Below are positions 35,360-44,170 of a stretch of DNA of 64,000 nucleotides, piece by piece. The stretch spans positions 3,497-67,496 of the forward strand of contig CAZEGF010000008.1 in the NCBI GenBank assembly GCA_964511965.1, in the 5' to 3' direction. Source of the stretch: an uncultured Gammaproteobacteria bacterium (lineage in GTDB: Bacteria > Patescibacteriota > Microgenomatia > Levybacterales > GWA1-39-11). Position 1 is the first letter of the stretch. Each line of letters opens with the position of its first letter. The notes below the pieces were generated by a model. It was not told the origin of the DNA. It saw only the letters and a program-made list of their open reading frames with translations, and did not search any database. The position numbers and the translations under genes were made by a program.

Positions 35360-37543
35360 ATGAAAGACCCTGTCTACTTGCATGTAAGAACCCCTAAAGA
35401 CGATGAAACGAGTCTGGAGTCCTCTACGCAAGTGTTTTCTGCTCTTTTGCCTCATTATATGGGCATTTTTAAGCGGCTCATTCATACTCCTCGTACCGTT
35501 TCTTTTGAAATTTATTTACTCGATCAAAAAATTTACTTTTATATAGTAGTGCCTCGTGAGCATGAGACATTTATCACGAGTCTTATGGTTTCATCATATC
35601 CTCGTGTTTTTATTGCAGAGACCACTGATCCGATGGAGAGTATTATGAAGTCAAAAAATAAAGAAGTTGGTGAATTGAAGCTTGAAGAGACGTATCATTA
35701 TCCCCTCAAAACCTATAAAGATTTTAGCGACGTTGATCCGATAGCGTCCCTCATTGGATTTTTGGCAAAGCAGCAAGCAGGGGTAAATATCGGCATCCAG
35801 ATCTTGGTCACACCAGCCTCATTTCCGTGGCAGTCTCATGCAATTGCTTCTACTCAACCAAAAGTGAATTCAGACGGGACCACATCAAAAGAGGGGACTG
35901 TTTCGGCTAGCGCTGTTGCTACAAAGACACAGTTTCAGGGTGGAAAAACGTTAATCAGACTCATTGCCGCAACTGAAACTGAAAATCCATACCATTATCT
36001 TCATAATGTGGCAGGAACATTTGGAAGTTTCTCATCTGGGGAGGGAAATCACCTCAAATTCAAGCGCCCACTGGTTAATAAAGGAAGACTTCTAAAAAGA
36101 ATTCACACAAGATCAACCACGTTACTTGAGCGTCGAAATCAAATCCTCAACGCTCAAGAACTAGCAACTCTTTGGCACCCGGCCGGTAAAATGTTGTCTG
36201 GTATTAAAAATATCTCTTGGGGCAAAACGCTAGCTGGTGAGCCTCCTGAAAATATTCCGGCTGCAAATAATATGACGGAAGATGAGAAGCAAAATGTTAA
36301 CTTCTTCGCCGCGACCGAATTTAAGAATCAAAATACTATCTTTGGAATAAAGGATATTGACCGCCGTAAGCATGTTTATATTATGGGAAAAACCGGAGCC
36401 GGAAAATCGACACTTATTGCCAATATGGCTATTGATGACATCAGAAAAGGCCGTGGTATTGGGATTATTGACCCTCATGGAGATTTGTGCGAGACAGTTT
36501 TGGATTACATTCCAAAAAGAAGACTCAACGACGTTGTGTACCTTGAGCCATTTGATACGGAGCGGACGTTCTCTTTAAATGTTTTGGAAATAAAAAACAA
36601 ACAGCACAAGGATCTTATTGCCAGTGGAATTGTATCTATTTTCTCAAAAATCTATGCTGATTCATGGGGACCACGGCTTGAATATATTCTCCGAAACACC
36701 ATCTTCTCACTTCTTGAAATTCCAAACACAACACTTATTGATGCTCTCAAGATACTCTCAGATAAGCAGTATAGGGATAGGGTAGTCCCGCAAATTCAAG
36801 ATCCAGTAATAAGAGCCTTCTGGCAGCAAGAGTTTGACAAAATGACCGATAAGTTGAGAGTTGAGGCAATTTCTCCGATTCAAAACAAAGTAGGGCAGTT
36901 TGTTAGTTCAAAAATGATCAGAAACATTATTGGAAGCCCTAAGTCATCTATTGATCTGGAAGACATTATGAATAGCGGGAAAATATTGCTTCTTAATCTT
37001 TCTCAAGGAAAATTGGGAGAGGATAACGCAGCGCTTCTTGGCGCTATGATCATTACCCAAATTCAGCTTTCAGCCATGAATAGAGCATTTCAAAAAGAAG
37101 AGGATCGAAAAGACTTTTTTCTGTATGTAGACGAGTTCCAAAATTTTGCGACAAGTTCTTTCATCAAAATTCTTTCTGAGGCTAGAAAATACAGACTTGC
37201 TATAACTCTTGCTAACCAATATATAGATCAGCTTGATGTTACGATCCAAAAATCAATTTTTGGAAACGCAGGAACACTTATTTCCTTTGTAACAGGAGCT
37301 GGGGATGCATCACTTTTGACAAAAGAATATGCGGATATTTACTCTCAAAACGATTTAGTGTCGCTCGGAAAGCATGAAATAGTCATGAAATTATCAATTG
37401 ATAATATGACCTCTCTTCCATTTGCTGCAAAAACACTTCCCCTTCCAAGTCTTAAGAATGAAAACCGGGATGATATTATCCGTCTTTCTAAAGAGCGGTA
37501 CGGTCGAAAAGTCACCCAAACTGTTGAAAACCCCATAATTTAG
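35360..37543 (+). CDS. Soluble P-loop NTPase of the type-IV-secretion ATPase group (VirD4/TraG/TraD or VirB4-like; FtsK-HerA superfamily) with a roughly 350-aa N-terminal domain of unknown function
   Basis: Walker A IMGKTGAGKST followed by IIDPHGDL. Walker B FFLYVDEFQNF. The C-terminal RKYRLAITLANQ...IFGNAGTLISF segment resembles the VirD4/TraG sensor region. No predicted TM helix, unlike canonical coupling proteins. Confidence 0.55.
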   Translation: MKDPVYLHVRTPKDDETSLESSTQVFSALLPHYMGIFKRLIHTPRTVSFEIYLLDQKIYFYIVVPREHETFITSLMVSSYPRVFIAETTDPMESIMKSKNKEVGELKLEETYHYPLKTYKDFSDVDPIASLIGFLAKQQAGVNIGIQILVTPASFPWQSHAIASTQPKVNSDGTTSKEGTVSASAVATKTQFQGGKTLIRLIAATETENPYHYLHNVAGTFGSFSSGEGNHLKFKRPLVNKGRLLKRIHTRSTTLLERRNQILNAQELATLWHPAGKMLSGIKNISWGKTLAGEPPENIPAANNMTEDEKQNVNFFAATEFKNQNTIFGIKDIDRRKHVYIMGKTGAGKSTLIANMAIDDIRKGRGIGIIDPHGDLCETVLDYIPKRRLNDVVYLEPFDTERTFSLNVLEIKNKQHKDLIASGIVSIFSKIYADSWGPRLEYILRNTIFSLLEIPNTTLIDALKILSDKQYRDRVVPQIQDPVIRAFWQQEFDKMTDKLRVEAISPIQNKVGQFVSSKMIRNIIGSPKSSIDLEDIMNSGKILLLNLSQGKLGEDNAALLGAMIITQIQLSAMNRAFQKEEDRKDFFLYVDEFQNFATSSFIKILSEARKYRLAITLANQYIDQLDVTIQKSIFGNAGTLISFVTGAGDASLLTKEYADIYSQNDLVSLGKHEIVMKLSIDNMTSLPFAAKTLPLPSLKNENRDDIIRLSKERYGRKVTQTVENPII

Positions 37544-37578
37544 GCATACAATTCCATTATTAGTTCATTTTTTGTAGC

Positions 37579-37601
37579 AAACGCACTATGCGCGCGTTTT
37601 T
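37579..37601. terminator. Intrinsic-terminator-like hairpin (aaacgc-actatgcgc-gcgttt) followed by a T-run, downstream of the ATPase gene
   Basis: Stem, loop and tttttc read from the sequence. Confidence 0.5.
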
Positions 37602-37893
37602 CTATTGGAAATGACGCACATTGAAAATTGATTTGCATGAAAAATGAATTGTATTTATCTTTGGTGAAGGCTTTCTGCTGCTAAAAATTTTCGCGGTATA
37701 AAGTCTTCACCAATAGAGTGGATTGGAAAGACGACAATCGACAAGGAGGAAATGTCTAACGATACGATCACGTGGTCCTGATTCTGTGCTTGCGCTCCCC
37801 AGTGGATGCCGCAAGCCTCATCCTCGGCCATTTGGCCGGCCAAAACAAGAGCGAAGCCAAGTCACCAAAAAAAATCCCTTAAAGGAGGGCTGA

Positions 37894-39186
37894 GTGACTA
37901 AAGTCTTGAAGCTCCTTGGAGGAGGCTTGCTCGCAGCTATCCTGGGCATCGCGCTCAGCGCTGCAGCTTTCGGCCTCTTTAGCAATGACAACGGCACATC
38001 CATCGCCGCACCTACCTTCGACCGCGCATCCGCGCACGTCTCCCTCGGCGCCGCCGACCTGGCACCTGCCAGTTCCGCCGCCGTACCAATCCGCTACCTT
38101 CCTGGCGACATCAACGCGACGTCTCTTACGGCTTACGATGCAGACACGAGCAACCCGCTCAATGCCTTCCCTGTCGGCCTCGCTCGCGCTGTCGATTCCC
38201 TGACTGCTGCTTCCCTTCCGTTCTACGACTCGCTCTCACCCGGCGCCTCGGACTTGCCGACGGCTTCTGGCGCAAACGACCCGAACGCGAAGGGCATCAT
38301 CAACGCTTCCTACATCAAGGAAGTCCTGGGCAGCTACTACATGAAGATCAACACGATCAACGTGTCGCGGGCACCCGCAAGTGACCTCGTCAACAACGTC
38401 GACTTCCTGAACGACAGCACTGGTCACCCGAACTCCTACACGCTGAACTCTCGCTGGTCGCTGATCACCTCAGCGGGCGCGAGCGGTAACAGCTTCAGTT
38501 TCGTCAAGGGCACCGACATCTCCGGGAAGATTCCTGACGCGACGAATAACGCGATCGTGACGGCCATCTACGGCCGGGACGACACGAGCAAGCAGTACAC
38601 CCAGATCCTCCCGCCAGGGGTTAACGTCCTCGGCGCGACGACGAAGATGACGCTTAGCACGGGCCAGGCTTACTGGATCAAAACGACCATCGACCCGTCC
38701 GCGAAGGGTATCCGCTTCGGAAACCTTTCGTGGGCTGACACCGTCGACCGTTACACCGCAGCTGTACAACATGCTCGCGGCGACTCCGTCCAGATCAGTG
38801 AACCGTTCATCCCGGCCGTTGCGGCTGGAGGCGGTCTCGTTCTGAACAACGACAACATGTACACCAACGCTCTCGATCCGGCGATCTGTGCCGGCAGCTG
38901 TCAACTCCATGCCATGGATGCGACGACTGCGACTCGAACTGACGCTGGCATCAACGCTCTCGGATCTCAGGTTGGCATCGGCACCATCACGGCACCGGCT
39001 GACAACTCGAAGACTACCGCGCTCGACAAGAAGTGGAATCAGGCTGTTGCCGAAGCCCCTCTTGCGAACTCGCCGTTCCTCGTCCTTGGCATCGTGCTTC
39101 TATTCGTAGCCGTAGGCGCTGCGAAATGGAACCCCGAGGCCTTCTCGACGCGGAACCAGCATGCCCGCGCCCTCGGCGCCGGCTGA
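37894..39186 (+). CDS. Secreted or surface protein (430 aa) with N-terminal signal/TM and C-terminal hydrophobic anchor, Ala/Ser/Thr/Asn-rich, in the high-GC island
   Basis: GTG start preceded by aaaggaggg. N-terminus MTKVLKLLGGGLLAAILGIALSAAAFG. C-terminus PFLVLGIVLLFVAVGAAKW followed by a short tail. No catalytic motif recognised. Confidence 0.6.
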   Translation: MTKVLKLLGGGLLAAILGIALSAAAFGLFSNDNGTSIAAPTFDRASAHVSLGAADLAPASSAAVPIRYLPGDINATSLTAYDADTSNPLNAFPVGLARAVDSLTAASLPFYDSLSPGASDLPTASGANDPNAKGIINASYIKEVLGSYYMKINTINVSRAPASDLVNNVDFLNDSTGHPNSYTLNSRWSLITSAGASGNSFSFVKGTDISGKIPDATNNAIVTAIYGRDDTSKQYTQILPPGVNVLGATTKMTLSTGQAYWIKTTIDPSAKGIRFGNLSWADTVDRYTAAVQHARGDSVQISEPFIPAVAAGGGLVLNNDNMYTNALDPAICAGSCQLHAMDATTATRTDAGINALGSQVGIGTITAPADNSKTTALDKKWNQAVAEAPLANSPFLVLGIVLLFVAVGAAKWNPEAFSTRNQHARALGAG

Positions 39187-39261
39187 CCTCTTCTCGCTGG
39201 CGAGGGATGGAGGTGGGACTGCAGCCCGCCATCTATCCCATGCAAATCAATTCAACCCTAA

Positions 39262-39287
39262 GGGCCGCGTTCATCGCGGCCCTTTCC
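39262..39287 (+). terminator. Rho-independent terminator: 8-bp perfect GC stem (gggccgcg-ttcat-cgcggccc) followed by a T-rich tract
   Basis: Read from the sequence. Marks the 3' end of island 2. Confidence 0.7.
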
Positions 39288-39313
39288 ATATCTAGTTATC
39301 TTTTTTTAACTAA

Positions 39314-39334
39314 ACCCTATACCCTAAACCCTAT
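39314..39334. repeat. 7-nt tandem repeat, 3 units (accctat / accctaa / accctat), telomere-like CCCTAA motif
   Basis: Read from the sequence, immediately downstream of the island terminator. Confidence 0.7.
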
Positions 39335-39365
39335 TCTTCAACTCATTGTTTTGTAGTATATAATT

Positions 39366-40310
39366 GTGGTTATGGAGTCAGAAAAGAAAGAAATTTTCCT
39401 CCTTGTTGATGGTAGCGCAATAGTTCATCGTGCCTATCACGCGATGCCATTTATTGCCAAAAAAGACGGAGCTTCAACTGGTGCAATATACGGCTTTTTC
39501 TCAATGCTTCTAAAAGTAATTCAACAACTTAACCCACAGTATATTGTCATAGCTTTTGACCGTCCAAAGCCTACATTTCGTCAACAATTGTATGTTGGGT
39601 ATCAAGCTCAACGTCCAAAAATGGAATCGGACCTATCAGATCAATTTGGCAAAATTATAGAGATTCTCCAAAAGGCAAGGATTTCAACATACGCAGTAGA
39701 CGGATACGAGGCAGATGACATTATCGGAACAGTAAGTGATGCGGCTAACAAAAAAGGAATATTTACCTATATCGTGACAGGGGATAGAGATATGCTCCAA
39801 TTAGTAGACGATGATACACAAGTATTTATGCCTATTAAGGGAATTTCAGAAGTTTCTATAATGGATGCGGAGAAAGTGCGGGAAAAATACGGTATTAAAC
39901 CATCACAGTTTATTGATCTTAAAGCACTTCAGGGTGATGCTTCAGATAATTACCCAGGAGTTGCCGGGATTGGCCCCAAAACTGCAGCAAATCTTATTAA
40001 TGAATACGGATCAGTTGAAAATATATATAAAAATCTGGACGCAATAGCAACCAAAAACAAAAAGTTAGCAGACAGACTGATAGAAGGGCATGAAGCATGT
40101 ATGATTGCCTACAAATTGGCTACAATTGTACGTGACGTTCCCTTTGTTTTTGACCTAAAAGCTTCCCGAATGGAAGAGATACAGCTTGATGACTTTAAAA
40201 ATGCGCTTATCAAAGAGGAATTTCACACATTGCCAAGAAGATTGGATGAAATTTTTGGAAAGGATGGAAAAGTGACAGACAAAGGTAAGGGACAGATGAA
40301 ACTTCTTTGA
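39366..40310 (+). CDS. Stand-alone 5'-3' exonuclease (DNA polymerase I N-terminal / FEN-like domain only)
   Basis: LLVDGSAIVHRAYHA start, Asp-rich metal sites (GYEADDIIGT, VTGDRDMLQL) and the HhH region GIGPKTAANLINEYGS. 314 aa with no polymerase domain. Confidence 0.8.
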   Translation: MVMESEKKEIFLLVDGSAIVHRAYHAMPFIAKKDGASTGAIYGFFSMLLKVIQQLNPQYIVIAFDRPKPTFRQQLYVGYQAQRPKMESDLSDQFGKIIEILQKARISTYAVDGYEADDIIGTVSDAANKKGIFTYIVTGDRDMLQLVDDDTQVFMPIKGISEVSIMDAEKVREKYGIKPSQFIDLKALQGDASDNYPGVAGIGPKTAANLINEYGSVENIYKNLDAIATKNKKLADRLIEGHEACMIAYKLATIVRDVPFVFDLKASRMEEIQLDDFKNALIKEEFHTLPRRLDEIFGKDGKVTDKGKGQMKLL

Positions 40311-40321
40311 CGAGTCAAAGA

Positions 40322-40356
40322 AGAATTCAGAACTCAGAATTCAAATGTCAGAGCTA
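40322..40356. repeat. 7-nt tandem repeat (agaattc / agaactc / agaattc ...) directly upstream of the four-helix-bundle gene
   Basis: Read from the sequence. Confidence 0.7.
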
Positions 40357-40364
40357 CAATTAAG

Positions 40365-40724
40365 ATGAAATCTAATGATCTTAAAATAAGGACATACGAT
40401 TTCTCTATTGAGATAATAAAGTTTATAAACAGTCTTCCCAATAAAAGAGCATTTTGGTCAATCGGCGATCAACTTTTGAGATCTGCTACCTCAATTGGGG
40501 CAAATATTATTGAAGCAAAAGCATCAAGTTCTAGAAAAGAATTTATAAAATATTATGAAATTGCCTTAAAATCAGCTAACGAATCAAAGTATTGGCTAAG
40601 TCTTTTGAAAGACTCTTATGGCGAACTATCAAGTCGATGCTACGAACTGTTAAATGAACTCAACGAAATTTGCAGAATGCTAAACTCAAGTGTTTTAACC
40701 TTGAAAGGAAAGAGCAAGATTTAA
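40365..40724 (+). CDS. Four-helix-bundle protein (23S rRNA intervening-sequence protein family, TIGR02436-like)
   Basis: Roughly 120-aa alpha-helical protein with the conserved ...QLLRSATSIGANIIEA... core typical of this family. Confidence 0.6.
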   Translation: MKSNDLKIRTYDFSIEIIKFINSLPNKRAFWSIGDQLLRSATSIGANIIEAKASSSRKEFIKYYEIALKSANESKYWLSLLKDSYGELSSRCYELLNELNEICRMLNSSVLTLKGKSKI

Positions 40725-40776
40725 AGTTTTCAAGTTGCAGTTTTGAGTTCTAACATATAACATTTGAGTTAACATA

Positions 40777-41880
40777 ATGAAAGTAGCAATTGTTCACGAT
40801 TATATTAAGGAATACGGTGGGGCAGAGCGGGTTCTAGAAGCGCTTATTAAGCTCTATCCTGATGCAGATATATATACTTCTTTATACGCTCCAGAATATC
40901 TTGGACCACACAAGAAAAGATTTGAAAATTATACGATCAAAACCACCTGGCTTAACTCAATTCCTGGTAGGCACAAACTTATCTCCCCATTAAGACTTTT
41001 GTCTCCATTTGCATTTAGAAAACTAAATTTAACCCATTATGATGCGGTTATTGTTAGTCAAACCGGTGCATATTTCCCAAATCTTGTCCACCACAAAAAA
41101 GGAAAACTTATCTGTTACACTCATACCCCCCCACGATACTTATATGGCTATAAAACTGGCAGAAATATGCCAAAAAATCCCATCATAAGAGCTATGGCTG
41201 CTGTCGGATTTAACGCGCTTCGAATTGTGGATTTTAATGCTTCCAAAAATGTTGACGTATTCATCGCAAATTCTGAAGAAATAAAGGGACGAATTAAAAA
41301 GTTCTATCGCCGGGATGCATTAGTTATCTATCCTCCGGTTGCAGTTCCAAATGTAGTTGCTAATAGCTTCCAGCTAAAAACTAATAGCTACTATGTTACC
41401 GGCGGTAGACTTGCAGCTTCAAAAGGTATTGATGTAATTATCAAAGCATTTAATGAAAATGGGAAGCCACTTAAGATTTTTGGTAAAGGATTTGCTGGAA
41501 TTGAGGATGCGTTGCGCAAACTTTCACGCAAAAATATCGAATTTGTAGGGGAGGTGAGTGATGAGCAAAAGTTTGAGCTTTTAGCCAACGCAAAAGCATT
41601 TGTATTTGCTTCATACGATGAGGATTTTGGGATAACGCCTGTTGAGGCAATGGGGGTCGGAACTCCTGTTATAGCCTACGCTTCCGGTGGAGTGAAAGAG
41701 ACCGTTATTGAGGGTAAAACTGGTGTTTTTTACAACGAAAATACGCCAGAGAGTTTAAATGGAGCTATATTAAAATTTGAAAATATGACATTAAACCAAA
41801 ACGATTGTGTAGAAAGAGCTGAAAAATTCTCACAAAAGGAATTTGATAGGAAAATCAGGGAGGTAGTAGACAATGCCTGA
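40777..41880 (+). CDS. Glycosyltransferase family 4 (GT-B, group 1)
   Basis: C-terminal EDFGITPVEAMGVGTPVIA...G.KETV (EX7E-type) motif. Confidence 0.7.
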   Translation: MKVAIVHDYIKEYGGAERVLEALIKLYPDADIYTSLYAPEYLGPHKKRFENYTIKTTWLNSIPGRHKLISPLRLLSPFAFRKLNLTHYDAVIVSQTGAYFPNLVHHKKGKLICYTHTPPRYLYGYKTGRNMPKNPIIRAMAAVGFNALRIVDFNASKNVDVFIANSEEIKGRIKKFYRRDALVIYPPVAVPNVVANSFQLKTNSYYVTGGRLAASKGIDVIIKAFNENGKPLKIFGKGFAGIEDALRKLSRKNIEFVGEVSDEQKFELLANAKAFVFASYDEDFGITPVEAMGVGTPVIAYASGGVKETVIEGKTGVFYNENTPESLNGAILKFENMTLNQNDCVERAEKFSQKEFDRKIREVVDNA

Positions 41881-42739
41881 GTTGCCAGAGGTCGAGACGT
41901 TAAAATTAGGTCTTCAAAAATTTGTTAAAGGAAGGAAAATAACGGATGTTGAAGTAATTGATGCCCGTCTTTTGACTGGAGAGCCAAAGAATATTATTGG
42001 AGCAACAATAGTTGAGATAAAACGGTATGCTAAAGGAATAGTCCTCGAATTATCAAACGGCTATGATATAGCATTTCACATAAAGCTAACCGGTCAGTTA
42101 ATTTATAGAGATAAAACAAATAGAAATCTTGAAGTATTAAAACCAAAACCCACAAAAGTTCCTAATAAATATACAAGAGTTGATATTATTTTAGAAAAGG
42201 ATTCACATTTATACTTTCAAGAAGTTAGAGGTTTTGCTTGGATGAAAATTTTGCCTCATGATGAGGTCAAAAGTTTGCCATTCTTCAAAACTCTAGGTCC
42301 GGAACCATTTCCCTCACCAGGATCCGACACTCCTTTACTTACTGAAAAACTATTTGAGCAAATAGTCATGAAATCCAATTTACCAATAAAAGTATTACTT
42401 ATGGATCAGCAAAAGATCGGAGGAATAGGAAATATTTATGCAAATGACAGTTGTTTTGAGGCAAGAATTGATCCAAGGAGAAAGACATCGAGTTTAAATG
42501 AAGCAGAGATTAATATTTTGTACGAATCAATTTTAAAAGTTTTGGAAAATGCGATGAAATACAGAGGATCTTCAGAGCTCAATTTTGTTGACGTTTTGGG
42601 TCAAAAAGGAGAATACCAGCTTCATTTTCTCGTGTATGGTAAGAAAAATAAGCCTTGTAGTAGGGACGATGGGGGTATTGTTCAAAAAATCTATTTAGGT
42701 GGACGCGGAACATTTTTTTGTACCACCTGTCAAAAATAA
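41873..42739 (+). CDS. fpg: Formamidopyrimidine-DNA glycosylase (Fpg/Nei family)
   Basis: N-terminal MPELPEVE (catalytic Pro2/Glu3). H2TH region. C-terminal zinc finger CSRDDGG...FCTTCQ. Confidence 0.8.
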   Translation: MPELPEVETLKLGLQKFVKGRKITDVEVIDARLLTGEPKNIIGATIVEIKRYAKGIVLELSNGYDIAFHIKLTGQLIYRDKTNRNLEVLKPKPTKVPNKYTRVDIILEKDSHLYFQEVRGFAWMKILPHDEVKSLPFFKTLGPEPFPSPGSDTPLLTEKLFEQIVMKSNLPIKVLLMDQQKIGGIGNIYANDSCFEARIDPRRKTSSLNEAEINILYESILKVLENAMKYRGSSELNFVDVLGQKGEYQLHFLVYGKKNKPCSRDDGGIVQKIYLGGRGTFFCTTCQK

Positions 42740-42740
42740 T

Positions 42741-43271
42741 CTATTTGAGTTTGCAAACAACAACTAGTGTTTGAAGGTTGGCTAAAAGAGACGTTAAGAG
42801 AATGAGAATCGAAAGGATATAGAGCTCAAGGCCATGAAAAGGGAGAAGGCTTATCATAGTTGCAATTCCAAGAACTGATGCAAAAGAAAGACCGCAGGAT
42901 GCACACCCGGCAGCAACCAGTGAAAGTAATCCAGCTCCAAAAGTGATATGAAGTCCCCCTCTTTTTTTAAGAAATTTAAGTTTTCGGAGAACCAATTCCA
43001 GATTTACTCCAAAAAGTAAAGAAATAATTATTACCAAAATTGAATCTCGAATCCCAAGAATAGAAAAAGATCCAATAAATATAATCCAGCAAATATTTAA
43101 TTTTGCTGCAAATGAATATCCCTGCGAAATAACACTTTCATATGTTCTGTAGTCAAAAAGAATAAGGGCAAAAATAAGATATATCAATCCAATTAAAATG
43201 GATTTTAATAGAAAATTACGCTGTTTTGATTCCTGGATGAGTATTCCGAGAAGGAATATGGGGTGTTTCAC
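42741..43271 (-). CDS. Polytopic membrane protein with an intramembrane CxxC (CASC); possible thiol-disulfide partner (VKOR/DsbB-like) of the adjacent DsbA-like gene
   Basis: 4-5 TM helices. GCASCG near the start of a TM. Adjacent to and co-directional with the DsbA-like gene. Family not verified. Confidence 0.3.
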   Translation of the reverse strand: MKHPIFLLGILIQESKQRNFLLKSILIGLIYLIFALILFDYRTYESVISQGYSFAAKLNICWIIFIGSFSILGIRDSILVIIISLLFGVNLELVLRKLKFLKKRGGLHITFGAGLLSLVAAGCASCGLSFASVLGIATMISLLPFHGLELYILSILILLTSLLANLQTLVVVCKLK

Positions 43272-43272
43272 C

Positions 43273-44010
43273 TTATTTTTTAGCTAATTCTTGGTCGATA
43301 ACTGCTTTTATAGAAGCATAGGGTTGTGCTCCAACTAGCTGTACTCCGTTGATGTAAAAGGTCGGAGTGCCGCTGACTCCAATTGATTGACCAAGGGCTA
43401 GATCGTCTGCCTGATTTTTATCAAGCTTTTTTGTATCCATACAAGATTTAAATTGGTCAGTATTAAGTCCAATTGCAGTAGCAGCACCTGATGTTAGATT
43501 GTCAGATGTATACATGCTGGTATCACTTTCAGGTGGTTGGTTTTTGTACAAATAATCATACATTTCCCAGAATTTACCTTGATCATTAGCGCATTCGGCA
43601 GCATTTGCAGCTACTGTTGAAGCAGGTCCTAAGAATGCATAATTTCTAAATTCAAAACTTGCTTTACCGGTATCAACGTATTCCTTTAAGATTTGTGGCT
43701 CGCTATCTGAATAAAATTTCTCGCAGAATGGACATCGAAAGTCAGCAAATTCTACAATTTTAACTTTAGCATTCTTATCCCCTTTAATCGGAAGACGGGG
43801 TGTAGCAAGTTTTTTGATAACATCAGCGGCATTTGGTGCAGCGGGTGCTCCAGGTTGTTGGGCAGCCGGAGCAGCCGGAGCCGGAGCAACAGCAACGGGT
43901 GATTTTTGCAATGCTTCAACTTTTCCAAGTAAATATCCAATAACTAAAAATGCAATAAGTAAGAGTACGTAAACAAGTTTTGAGCCAATTGTTTGGAGGG
44001 GAGTATTCAT
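43273..44010 (-). CDS. DsbA-family thioredoxin-fold thiol-disulfide oxidoreductase, membrane-anchored with Ala/Pro-rich linker
   Basis: Active site FRCPFCEKF (CPFC). Start reassigned to the internal Met MNTPLQTIGSKLVYVLLLIAF at 44010 (TM anchor). The longer 43273..44289 call overlaps the divergent neighbour. Confidence 0.65.
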   Translation of the reverse strand: MNTPLQTIGSKLVYVLLLIAFLVIGYLLGKVEALQKSPVAVAPAPAAPAAQQPGAPAAPNAADVIKKLATPRLPIKGDKNAKVKIVEFADFRCPFCEKFYSDSEPQILKEYVDTGKASFEFRNYAFLGPASTVAANAAECANDQGKFWEMYDYLYKNQPPESDTSMYTSDNLTSGAATAIGLNTDQFKSCMDTKKLDKNQADDLALGQSIGVSGTPTFYINGVQLVGAQPYASIKAVIDQELAKK

Positions 44011-44170
44011 GATAATAGAGCCAATTGTCATTTTTCCAGAGGATTTACTAGATGCCATATGTAACACTATGCCAGATATTTTTTTTCGTGTCAAGGCGTT
44101 ACCAAAAGCATACTTTTGGAAGTTGAGAATATATTTTGTTTTTGCTATAGTGGCAAAAGTCGAACCTAAT

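Larger units (their letters stand above)
37740..39290. other. High-GC compositional island 2 (about 62% GC) carrying one gene with its own RBS and terminator
   Basis: GC jumps near 37740 and drops after the hairpin at 39262-39282. Confidence 0.75.

Noticed and set aside
38236-39245. Multiple Arg/Ala-rich ORFs on both strands inside high-GC island 2 (e.g. 38470..38910-, 39033..39356+)
   Set aside because: Same stop-codon depletion artefact. Only the 37894..39186 frame has a signal peptide, an RBS and a terminator.
44009-44170. Long N-terminal extensions of the pyrH-like gene (44009 start) and the DsbA-like gene (44289 start)
   Set aside because: The extensions overlap each other antisense by 280 bp and lie upstream of the conserved N-termini (KIVLSLGGS; the TM anchor MNTPLQ...). 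Internal Met starts are the parsimonious choice.
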